DNA of 64,000 nucleotides from NCBI GenBank assembly GCA_965221775.1, contig CBDCSU010000005.1, forward strand, positions 480,001-544,000, read 5' to 3'. Every line of letters starts with the position of its first letter. The stretch's first letter is position 1. The stretch is from Candidatus Latescibacterota bacterium (lineage in GTDB: Bacteria > Latescibacterota > UBA2968 > UBA8231). The translations under genes were made by a program, and so were the position numbers. The notes under the pieces are model-generated. The model searched no databases. It was not told the origin of the DNA and saw only the letters and a program-made list of their open reading frames with translations. Shown here piece after piece: positions 55,469 through 64,000 of this stretch.

Positions 55469-56212
55469 GTGAGTCCATCGGAGAATCAGTACGACGCCAT
55501 CGCCGGGGCCTACCAGGACTCGAAGCGGTTGCCATTTCGCAGATATGTGGAGGCCTACTCCCTGTTCGAGATCCTCGGAGACCTTCGAGGCACGAGAGTC
55601 GTGGACCTGGCCTGCGGCGACGGGTTCTACACTCGCCGGATCAAGAGCGCCGGGGCCCTCGAGGTCATCGGCGTCGATCTCTCGGCGGAGATGGTCAGGC
55701 TCGCCGAAGAGGAGGAGCGCGCCCGCCCCCTCGGGTGCAGGTACCTCCACCGGGATGCGGCGGCGGTGGAGCTGCCCGAACGGGTCGACCTGGTCGTGGC
55801 CGTCTATCTCCTCAACTACGCCAGGACGAGGGAGGAGCTGCTCCGCTTCGTCGAGACGGCTCACGCCTTGCTTCGGCCCGGAGGACGCCTCGTCGGGTTC
55901 AACGACAACGTGCGGAACGTGCCCAGGGGCCGGCTCTCCCTGGCCCGGTACGGGTTGGAGAAGGAGTGCGCCGAATCACCCCGGGAAGGGGACGTGATCC
56001 ACTACAGGATCACCAATGAAGATGGAGAGCGGTTCGAGTTCCGGAACTACTACCTGGAGCCGGAGACCTATGAGCGCTCCTTCCGGGAGGCCGGATTTTC
56101 CGGGTTTCGTTGGGCCGGTCCCTACCTGCACCCCTCTCAGCGCCACGATCCCTTCTGGGAGGACTTCATGTCCAGTCCCCCGGTCATCGGCTTCCGCGCG
56201 GACAGGCCGTGA
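55469..56212 (+). CDS. Class I SAM-dependent methyltransferase
   Basis: VVDLACGDG, GVDLSAEM, YLLNYA, LRPGG; start may be 55451. Confidence 0.88.
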   Translation: MSPSENQYDAIAGAYQDSKRLPFRRYVEAYSLFEILGDLRGTRVVDLACGDGFYTRRIKSAGALEVIGVDLSAEMVRLAEEEERARPLGCRYLHRDAAAVELPERVDLVVAVYLLNYARTREELLRFVETAHALLRPGGRLVGFNDNVRNVPRGRLSLARYGLEKECAESPREGDVIHYRITNEDGERFEFRNYYLEPETYERSFREAGFSGFRWAGPYLHPSQRHDPFWEDFMSSPPVIGFRADRP

Positions 56213-56267
56213 GCGCCGGCCGCCGCGCTGCGGCTCCCACCCGAAAACCTGCAAGAAGGAGGATCCC

Positions 56268-56786
56268 ATGAGACTTCAGATGCCCGGCCTTCACCGCCGT
56301 ACCCGGAGGTTGCCTCTGCTCATTCCCCTGGCCCTGCTCTTCCTGGCCTGCGGCGGCGACGACGCCCCGACCGAGCCGGAGCCCGCCCCGCCGGATGCCG
56401 AGGCGGCCGCCCGGGCGCAGGCGCAGGCGCTCTTCACCAGCCTCGAGCCGGTGGTGGCCAAGGCTCTGGAGCTGATGCTCACCGGGGGCGGCACGATCGA
56501 CGGCGAGCAGGGGACCCTGGCCGTGGCCGGCAGCACGATGACCCTGGAGTCGTTCTCGGCCGACGGCCAGCTCGTCCTCGACGGCGAGCTGGTCCTCGAC
56601 CTTCTCGTCCAGCCCGTCACCTTGAAGGGAGACCTGCAGGCCAGCGGGATCGAGGGCCGGGAAGGTCCGGTGCCCGTCAAGGTGGACGTCACCATCGACA
56701 TTTCCACCGACCCGCGGACCTACGGAGGTACCGTCACCATCGGCGAGGACGTGTACGACCTCGACGAGCTGTTCGCCGAGGAATAG
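56268..56786 (+). CDS. Putative lipoprotein
   Basis: AAGGAGG RBS; lipobox FLAC-GGDD; beta-rich body. Confidence 0.75.
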   Translation: MRLQMPGLHRRTRRLPLLIPLALLFLACGGDDAPTEPEPAPPDAEAAARAQAQALFTSLEPVVAKALELMLTGGGTIDGEQGTLAVAGSTMTLESFSADGQLVLDGELVLDLLVQPVTLKGDLQASGIEGREGPVPVKVDVTIDISTDPRTYGGTVTIGEDVYDLDELFAEE

Positions 56787-57004
56787 GGAAGCTGCCAGGG
56801 GGCGGCCCGGCTCCTCCGAGCCGGCGCCGCCGCCGGAGGGGATGGCGGTGATGTTGCCCTCCATTTCGACCGGGGGTACCTTCACCCGCTCCATACCCCG
56901 GCGGTCGAGCGCACCTCAGGTGACGCCCGTCGACGACCTCCGGACCTCCGGCGACAAGGCCGCCGACCGGCCTCCAGCAGACCGGGGATGAGACCTCCGC
57001 TACC

Positions 57005-60000
57005 GTGCCCCCACCGCTGAACTCCCAGGGCCTTCCCCTACGGCTCGTCGACCACCCCGGGCCCCGGGGGATCTGCCGCGCCCGGCGGAGCCCCGGGGAG
57101 GTCCTGGCCGACGGGGCCCTGGCCTTCGGCTCCCGCCCCTTCTCCGACACCTCCGTCACCGTCCCCGACGACGCCGGTCCCGAGGCGGCGCTGGCGGCCC
57201 GGCTGTGCGAACGGGCGGCGCGCTTGGTCTCCCGGCGCTTCGAGGGCGACACCCACCTGGCCGGGCTGGCCTCGGGTCTGGCCGGCACCGAGTGGCCGCT
57301 GGCCTTGTGCCGGGGCCACGAGCGCCTCCTCGACTTCGACGGCCGGCGCCTGTGGCTGGCGGCCGACGCCATGGCCGCCCTCGGCATCGGACTCGAGGCC
57401 AAGGACGATCTCAGCGCCGAGGTGCCCGAGCGCCTGCGCGGCTTCGAGCTCCTCCTCGCCCTCGGGCTCTTCGCCCAGCTCGACATCGTCCGCGGCGCCT
57501 CCCTGCGCCGGTCCCTGCGCTGGGTCGTCGACCTCTACCGCCGCCTGGGACGGCCGGACCAGGCCGTGCTCCTGGCCCTGCTCGAAGGCTCCGGAGAGCT
57601 CGACGCCGGCAACCTGTTCTCCTCCTTCCTGCGCCGGGGGAGCCGCGAGGAGACCATCGGCCGCGACCGCTGGATCACCTGGCTCCTCGGCCAGGACCGC
57701 CTCGACCTGCCCTACGACCGCCGGGCGGCGGGGGAGATCCTCGACAGCGACGCCGACGTGGACGACAAGCGCCTGCTCCTCTACGGGGTGCTGCGCGACT
57801 ACGACCGCGACCTGGAGGCGGAGAACATCCGCCGCCTCTCCCGCGAGATCCGGACCGCCGGACAGGAGCTGGTCTTCGGCCGCATGAGCCGCGCCTTCCA
57901 CAACCAAGGGGCGCTCTTCGCCGATGCCGTGCGCCTCACCCCGACGCCGGCCTGGAAGCCTCTGGCCGAAGAGGCCTGGGAGGCCGCCGCCGGAGCCGCG
58001 GCGATGCAGTCTCCGGCCCTGGAGCTGCGCCTGCTGCTGGAGGCGGGCCAGCCGGTCTCCCTGATCCAGATGGAGGGCGCCTGCGAACGCTACGAGGAGG
58101 CCTCCCTCGACGCCCAGCGCGACGACCTGATGCGGGGACTGCACCGGGCCCGGGCCTTGGTGGAGGACCACGGCGACGAGCTGGCCGGCCCCCGGCAGAC
58201 GGCCCTCGACGTCGATTCGGTGAGCCGCCTCGTCCGCCGGCGCCTCGGACTCGTGGAGCGCGTGCGCGAGGAGCTGCTGCGCTCCCCCTCCACCAACGCC
58301 GCCTACGTCGTCATCAGCCAGCGCCCCTCCCCCACCGGTTCCCACCTGCTGGTGAAGATCAACGAGTTCGAGGAGCCCTACCTGGGCAAGGCCGACAACC
58401 TGACGAAGCTGGCGCGCCTGGCCGGCGACCGCCTCTACTCCAGCCCCGACTACCGCTGGCTCGAGGTCGCCGACCACTGGATCGAGGCGATCCCCCTGTT
58501 CATCAAGGAGGAGGTCCTGGTCGACGACGACGGCGTCGAGTCGACGCGCACGGTCATCGACATCGACGGCATGGAGGAGTCCTTCCGCGAGGAGATGGCC
58601 GACCACTGGGCCGCGAACCTGCGCGACGTGGCCGACTCGGAGTACGTCTCCGCGGCCCGTTGGCTCCTGTGCCGGGAGGCCGGTCAGGACCGGGACGAGG
58701 CCGCCGCCCTCGACTGGGCGCGCTCCGCCCCCGGCGACCCCTCCGCCGACATCGCCTGCGCCGCGGCCCTCGTATCCCGCCTCGCCGCAGAGAACGCCGG
58801 CGATCTGCGGCGCCGCATCGAGGCCGAGGAGGAGGAGCCCTTCGAGGCCCTGTGGTCCCTGTTGTCGGCCTGGCGCTCCGAGCCCGCCTCGAGTCTCGCC
58901 GGGACCTTGGCCCGGGCCCGTGAAGAGCCGTGGTCCACCCTCGTCGATCCGGAAGCCGAGGTCGGCGAGTCCCGCGCCCGGTCCTTCCGCCGCAGGGCCC
59001 TCGAGCCCCGCCGGCCCCTGCCGGTGCTGCACGTGCTCACCACCCAGTCGGCGGGCATGACCGACGGCTACATCCGCACCTGGCTCGAGGAGTCGATGGC
59101 CCTGCGCAACGTCGCCGCCGCCCGCGGGCTGGAGGCCGAGGTCGACGAGCGGCGGGCGTTCTACCGCCGGCGGCTGAGCGCCCTCGGCGAGCGGGTGGTC
59201 CGCGAGCTGGGCATCTGGGTCGAGGTGGAGGAAGCCGCCGCCGAGGAGGATCTCGACGAAGGCGCCGCCGTGTCGCGCGTCGTCGGCGGCAACCGCTCGG
59301 TCCAGGAGGAGGTCGCCGTCCTCGGCGCTCTCATCGAGCTGGCCGAGGAACGCGGCGGCGAGCGGGAGCCCGGCGACGTGGCCGACCCGGCGGAGGTGGC
59401 CAGGCTCTGCGAGTCGGGTGACCGGGACCTGGTCCGCCAGGCCCTGGAGCGGGTGGCGGCGCGCAACGGCCGCCAGCTCGAGGAGGAGGTCGAGGCCCTG
59501 AGGTCCGCCGAGCCCGCCCTGTCCCGGCAGGACGCCCTGGTGCGGGTCGTGGAGGGCGACGAGGACTACCGCCAGGACCTGGAGAGCTTCACCCGCTTCC
59601 TGGCCCGCCGCCGCCTGGTGGACGACTGGTCCCGCCAGGCGGGCGTCGACGGCGACGACCGGCGGCGCACCTACCTGCGCCGGTTCTCGCGGCTGGCCGG
59701 GACGACGGCCCGCAAGCAGGTGCTGCTGCGCCACGGTCTCGCCCACCTGACCCTCGACCCGGCCTACCGCTGGGCCGCCGCCGGGGGCGACAAGCGCTAC
59801 CACCTGCTCTACACGCCGAGCCGCGTCGACCTCGGGCACCGGGAGCGGGAGTCGGTGGAGACCTGGTCCCAGTGGGTCGGCGGCGCCGACCGCGCCGCGG
59901 CGCGCGCCGGCAGAGAGATCTACGGGCTGATCAACAAGTCCGTGCGCAGCTACGACAGCCTGGCCGAGCCGGAGATCCTCAAGACCGGCGAGAACGCCAG

Positions 60001-63000
60001 CATGGCCTCGCACTTCGCCTTCTCCAACGCCCTGTCGCTGATGGTCTCGGCCAGCGGCCACGGCGACATCGAGGAGATGGGCGACCAGATGAGCCGCCGC
60101 GGCGACCGCGTCATCCATCCGGCGGGCGAGGGCTACGGCGGCTACTGCGTGCCCAAGGACGGCCTCTTCCTCGAGTTCGTCCTCACCCTCGGCCGCGCCG
60201 AGAAGCTGCGCCAGCTCGGCGTTCCCGCCGAGCACCACGACGGGGTGGCCGGCGCCGCGGCAAGGCTCCTCGGCCGCCGCGGCGAGTTCGCCACGCGCTT
60301 CGAGTGGGAGGCCTGGGCCGCCGGCGCCCTGGGCGGCGTCGACGGCCTCGGCGGGCTGTTCGCCGTCCGCGAGGGAGAGGGGGGGCCGGTTCCGGTCTTC
60401 CAGATCACCCGCCTGGCCGAGGTCCTGGAAGGGCTGGGAGAGCCGGAGCTGCACGACGCCGAACGCGCCACCACGGCGCGGGTGGCGCGCTGGGGCGTGC
60501 ACAAGATGGTCGCCGGCGCCGAGCACGTGAACCGCTTCATGCCCTTCTACAAGGTCTGGCTGACCCGGCGGGCCCTGGCCGACGCCGCCCGCCGCCACCC
60601 CGCCGCGGCGGCCGCCCCGGTGGTGGTGCTCACGGCGGAGTACAAGCCCGACACCCAGGACGGGCGGTTCGCCGCCGGCATGCGCAAGTTCGAGATCCTG
60701 TGCGGCACGGCGGACCACCTGCTCTACGCCCTCGACGCGGAGGGCCAGACCCTGGCGGGCCTGCTGTCCGATGGCTTCGACGGCGTCGACCGCCGCGGGC
60801 GCGCGGATCGGGCCGCTGCCGCCCTCGGCCTCGACCCCGGCGATCCGTCGACGCCGGGAACCCTGCGCGAGCTCTTCCCCGAGCCGCCCCGGCCGGCCGA
60901 GATCCGCGTCGTCTCCCCCACCGGCCTCTCGACCCAGGACCTGCTCGGCTACACCAGCGACACCAGCCTGGAGGCGGTCGCCGAGGGAGCCCATCAGGAG
61001 CTGACCGCCGCCGGCTTCAGCGGCGCCGAGATCGAGGCCAGCCTGGCCACCTACGGGCCGCACCTGGAGCGCTGGGCCTCGGCGGCCGACATCGACGCCG
61101 GCCTCCGCGCCGACCTGTCGCGGCGGCTCTCCGGACGGCTGCACGCCCTGGCCCTGCAGGTCCTCGGTCCCGAGCGCTCCTACGAGCACGCCCTGCAGGG
61201 CGCCGACGTCCTCGACACCGGCATTCCGCACGCGGCCCTGCTGCGGCTTCTCGAGGATCCGGCGGCGGTCTGCCGCCTGATGCTGGAGGGCCGCCCCGAC
61301 AGCGCCCTGGTCATCGTCGACGGCGCCTCCGGGGCCCGCCGGCGCGCTCTGAACCGTCTCGACGTCATGCTCTGGTTCGCCGCCGGAGAGCGCTACGGCC
61401 GCGAGCCGGTCTACGCCGGCATCGGCCTGGGGAACCGCACCGTCGAGGGCTGGCGCCAGGCGATGCGCCGGCAACGGCGCCGCGCCCGGCGACTGGGCGA
61501 GGCCCTGCGCGCCTCCGACGCCGGCGCCGCCGCCGCCGAGTACGCGCAGATCCTGGCCGAGGTGCGCCTCGGCCAGGAGGCGGAGCTGCAGCTGGCCGAG
61601 GTCGACAAGCTGCGCCGCTTCCAACGCCTGCGCCGGCGCGACGAACTGGTGGCCCGGTCCCTCGCCCGCCTCGCCGGGGGGTTGCCCCTGGAGGAGCTCG
61701 GCTTCGCCGACTTCCTCGTCCTCGGCGGCGTCTTCCTCCTCGACGGGGCCCCTGCCGAGGAGATCGACGACTGGCGGCGCGGCCTGGGCCTCGGCCCGGG
61801 GGACCCGGACTCCCGGGAGCTGGAGAGCCTGCTCCTGCACCCGGCCCGGCCCCCGGAGCTGGGAGAGTTCCGCGAGGAGAAAGGTCTGGAGAGCTCGAAC
61901 AAGGCGGCCGAGGACCGTCCCGTCGCCGCCCTCGAGGCGCGCAGCCAGTTGCGGGCCCGCATCCTCCGCGCCCGGGCCCTCCACGAGCGGCACCGCGGCG
62001 CCGAGTCCGTCGACGGCCGGCGCGCTTCCTTCGAAGAGGCCCGGGCCGCGGCCTTCGAGGTCCTGGGCGACGGCCGCGGGACCGTCACCGACGCGGCCTT
62101 CGGCGCCTTCATCGCCCACGCCCGCACCGCCCTCTCCGCCCTCGTGACCGGGCAGTACGACGAGGGACAGGCCGACGAGGCCCAGCGCTTCCACGACAAC
62201 CTTGCACAGCTCTTCCTCGGCCACGAGATCGACCCGGAGGACTGGCGCCGGATCGCCGGCGGCTACGAGGACGTGGGCGACTTCGGACGCCTGGCGCAGG
62301 CCGTGGTCGAGCGCGAGGAGGCCGGCGCCGCCGGTCACGGCCTGCGCCAGGTGGCGGCCGGAGCCGAGCTGTTCTACATCCTCCTGGCGGTGGAGACGAC
62401 CCTGCCCTACACCCGGGAAGGGGCTCCCGCCGACCCCGAGGGACTCTGGCGCGCCCTGGCCGACTTCTTCGCCGAGACCGTAGACGACCACTTCTACGAG
62501 TACCGGCCCTGGGTCTACTCCCGGGGGGTCGGTTTCTCCTCGTACTCGGGCGACTCCCTCTACGAGCTGGCCGTCGAGCACCACCAGTGGCTGGGGCGCT
62601 ACCTGCGCCAAGTCGTGACCCGTCACACCGAGCTGGCCGGCCGGACCTCGGAGGACCAGGACCTGCTTCTGGGCCGCCATGAGGGCGATGCCGCCGTCGA
62701 CCCCATCGGCGTCACCGCCGCCTCCGGGCCGGAGCGGCGCTGGCGGGCCTACGGACAGCTGCGCGAGCTCGCCTTCATGCGCAACGACGGCTTCCCCATC
62801 CCCCCCGTGTTCTCCGAGTTCGATCCCGGCCTGATCGACGCCGACCGGCGAGTCAACCACCTGATCGCCCTGCCCGTGGGCCGCACCCACTACTCGCGGG
62901 CCCTGGTCGAGGGGCCGACCCTGTCCCGGGAGCTGACCGCCGCCGGACGGCCCGGGACCAACCTGATCATCAGCCGCGGCGTCGACTTGGTGGACGATCC

Positions 63001-64000
63001 GCAGGCCGGCCGGCCCGTCGTGCAGATCCGTTCCGGCCACCTCTACGTCTCGCGGGAGGAGTACGCGGCGGCCCTTGTCCGCCATCGCGGCCTCGACGCC
63101 GAGGAGGCCCGCGAGCAGGCCGGGCGCGAGGGCACCCCGAAGGGGATCCGGCTGGCCGTGCGCTTCACGCGCCCCCTGACGGCGGCCGTCGTCTACCCCT
63201 TCCACGGGGACCCCCGGTACCACGAGGGACGCCTGGAGGACTGCGGACTGCCCTACTCGGTGCAGTCCCTGTTCCACACCTGGACCACCTACGACAAGGC
63301 GAAGTACCCCGACATCTTCGACGCCGCCTCCGGCGTCGACGTGCCCCACGAGATCGACTGGCTCGCCGCCGACACCCGGCGCGCGCCCTCCGAGAGCGCC
63401 GCCAGGAACTGGATCGAGAACGGCCTGGACGGGTCGGACTACCCGGGGCTGCGGGAGTTCGCCCGCCGCCATCGCCTGGTGATGATCAAGGACGCCGCCG
63501 AGTCCGGGGGCCGGAACGCCCGGGCCTTCGTCCTTCGCCGGCTCGCGGCCGCCGCCGTCGACGAGGCGGAGCTGGAACGCGCCGTCGACTTCGTCCACCA
63601 GATCAGCCTGCGCCACAACGTCGCCATCCAGGAGGTGATCCTGTCCTCGCCGGAGGCCTGGGCCACCGACGACTTCATCGACTCCTTCGTGCGCCGCCAG
63701 GTCGTCGAGTGGGGCTCCGCCGTCGAGCGCCGGCGCCGGCCGCGCTCGCCGATCTACGGATCGCACCGGGTGATCGTCTCATCCGACGATCCGGCCGCCG
63801 ACCTCCCCCTCGAGGAGCGCTGGCACCTGTCCCACTGGATCACCCTCAACAGCAAGCAGCTGATCACCAATGTCGGCCGCGGCGGCAGCCTCGAGCGCTT
63901 CCTCCCCGAGATCGTCCAGCCCGCCTGCCGGCAGGCCCTCTTCGACGGCCTGGCCGCCGCCGCCCGCGGGGTCATGGAGGCCCTGAGCGCCTATGCCGGG
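57005..64000 (+). CDS. Giant (>2330 aa, incomplete) fusion: expanded nucleotide-sugar dehydrogenase-like region plus ATP-grasp ligase domain
   Basis: Frame open from GTG 57005 (previous in-frame stop at 56921) to the window end, with G/C-ending codons; motifs YTPSRVDLG, EPEILKTGEN, GEGYGGYCVPKD, AEYKPDTQDGR, then YDKAKY, IKDAAESGGRN, IQEVI, TNVGRGG. Confidence 0.85.
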   Translation, partial: MPPPLNSQGLPLRLVDHPGPRGICRARRSPGEVLADGALAFGSRPFSDTSVTVPDDAGPEAALAARLCERAARLVSRRFEGDTHLAGLASGLAGTEWPLALCRGHERLLDFDGRRLWLAADAMAALGIGLEAKDDLSAEVPERLRGFELLLALGLFAQLDIVRGASLRRSLRWVVDLYRRLGRPDQAVLLALLEGSGELDAGNLFSSFLRRGSREETIGRDRWITWLLGQDRLDLPYDRRAAGEILDSDADVDDKRLLLYGVLRDYDRDLEAENIRRLSREIRTAGQELVFGRMSRAFHNQGALFADAVRLTPTPAWKPLAEEAWEAAAGAAAMQSPALELRLLLEAGQPVSLIQMEGACERYEEASLDAQRDDLMRGLHRARALVEDHGDELAGPRQTALDVDSVSRLVRRRLGLVERVREELLRSPSTNAAYVVISQRPSPTGSHLLVKINEFEEPYLGKADNLTKLARLAGDRLYSSPDYRWLEVADHWIEAIPLFIKEEVLVDDDGVESTRTVIDIDGMEESFREEMADHWAANLRDVADSEYVSAARWLLCREAGQDRDEAAALDWARSAPGDPSADIACAAALVSRLAAENAGDLRRRIEAEEEEPFEALWSLLSAWRSEPASSLAGTLARAREEPWSTLVDPEAEVGESRARSFRRRALEPRRPLPVLHVLTTQSAGMTDGYIRTWLEESMALRNVAAARGLEAEVDERRAFYRRRLSALGERVVRELGIWVEVEEAAAEEDLDEGAAVSRVVGGNRSVQEEVAVLGALIELAEERGGEREPGDVADPAEVARLCESGDRDLVRQALERVAARNGRQLEEEVEALRSAEPALSRQDALVRVVEGDEDYRQDLESFTRFLARRRLVDDWSRQAGVDGDDRRRTYLRRFSRLAGTTARKQVLLRHGLAHLTLDPAYRWAAAGGDKRYHLLYTPSRVDLGHRERESVETWSQWVGGADRAAARAGREIYGLINKSVRSYDSLAEPEILKTGENASMASHFAFSNALSLMVSASGHGDIEEMGDQMSRRGDRVIHPAGEGYGGYCVPKDGLFLEFVLTLGRAEKLRQLGVPAEHHDGVAGAAARLLGRRGEFATRFEWEAWAAGALGGVDGLGGLFAVREGEGGPVPVFQITRLAEVLEGLGEPELHDAERATTARVARWGVHKMVAGAEHVNRFMPFYKVWLTRRALADAARRHPAAAAAPVVVLTAEYKPDTQDGRFAAGMRKFEILCGTADHLLYALDAEGQTLAGLLSDGFDGVDRRGRADRAAAALGLDPGDPSTPGTLRELFPEPPRPAEIRVVSPTGLSTQDLLGYTSDTSLEAVAEGAHQELTAAGFSGAEIEASLATYGPHLERWASAADIDAGLRADLSRRLSGRLHALALQVLGPERSYEHALQGADVLDTGIPHAALLRLLEDPAAVCRLMLEGRPDSALVIVDGASGARRRALNRLDVMLWFAAGERYGREPVYAGIGLGNRTVEGWRQAMRRQRRRARRLGEALRASDAGAAAAEYAQILAEVRLGQEAELQLAEVDKLRRFQRLRRRDELVARSLARLAGGLPLEELGFADFLVLGGVFLLDGAPAEEIDDWRRGLGLGPGDPDSRELESLLLHPARPPELGEFREEKGLESSNKAAEDRPVAALEARSQLRARILRARALHERHRGAESVDGRRASFEEARAAAFEVLGDGRGTVTDAAFGAFIAHARTALSALVTGQYDEGQADEAQRFHDNLAQLFLGHEIDPEDWRRIAGGYEDVGDFGRLAQAVVEREEAGAAGHGLRQVAAGAELFYILLAVETTLPYTREGAPADPEGLWRALADFFAETVDDHFYEYRPWVYSRGVGFSSYSGDSLYELAVEHHQWLGRYLRQVVTRHTELAGRTSEDQDLLLGRHEGDAAVDPIGVTAASGPERRWRAYGQLRELAFMRNDGFPIPPVFSEFDPGLIDADRRVNHLIALPVGRTHYSRALVEGPTLSRELTAAGRPGTNLIISRGVDLVDDPQAGRPVVQIRSGHLYVSREEYAAALVRHRGLDAEEAREQAGREGTPKGIRLAVRFTRPLTAAVVYPFHGDPRYHEGRLEDCGLPYSVQSLFHTWTTYDKAKYPDIFDAASGVDVPHEIDWLAADTRRAPSESAARNWIENGLDGSDYPGLREFARRHRLVMIKDAAESGGRNARAFVLRRLAAAAVDEAELERAVDFVHQISLRHNVAIQEVILSSPEAWATDDFIDSFVRRQVVEWGSAVERRRRPRSPIYGSHRVIVSSDDPAADLPLEERWHLSHWITLNSKQLITNVGRGGSLERFLPEIVQPACRQALFDGLAAAARGVMEALSAYAG

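Noticed and set aside
55469-56212. Methyltransferase resembles toxoflavin ToxA-type enzymes
   Set aside because: No other toxoflavin genes are adjacent; kept as a generic class I methyltransferase.
57038-63766. 2242-aa minus-strand ORF in the track
   Set aside because: Antisense shadow of the real + strand giant gene; the enzyme motifs and codon pattern are on the + strand.

Overview
High-GC (about 70% by eye), densely coding bacterial chromosome segment. Secreted proteins ending in a QNYPNPFN/FlgD-like domain or an AVEPxSWxxIK tail, a sulfatase with an anaerobic sulfatase maturase, and futalosine-pathway genes suggest an FCB-group organism such as Ca. Latescibacterota (inference only). Housekeeping and metabolic genes include mqnB, mqnD, hisS, an HU/IHF gene, moaB, clpP, mutM, fhs, a two-permease RND pump and an ABC-F ATPase. 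These are interleaved with small accessory modules: a BlaI plus two BlaR1(M56)-ExbD cassette with two palindromic operators, three toxin-antitoxin-like loci (two with eroded toxins), and tandem secreted paralogs. The most striking feature is missing from the supplied ORF track. It is a + strand reading frame from 57005 that stays open to the window end (at least 2332 codons). It fuses a heavily expanded UDP-glucose/GDP-mannose dehydrogenase-like enzyme to a C-terminal RimK-like ATP-grasp ligase domain. No rRNA, tRNA, CRISPR array, integrase or transposase was recognised. All family calls come from motifs read by eye, not from database searches.
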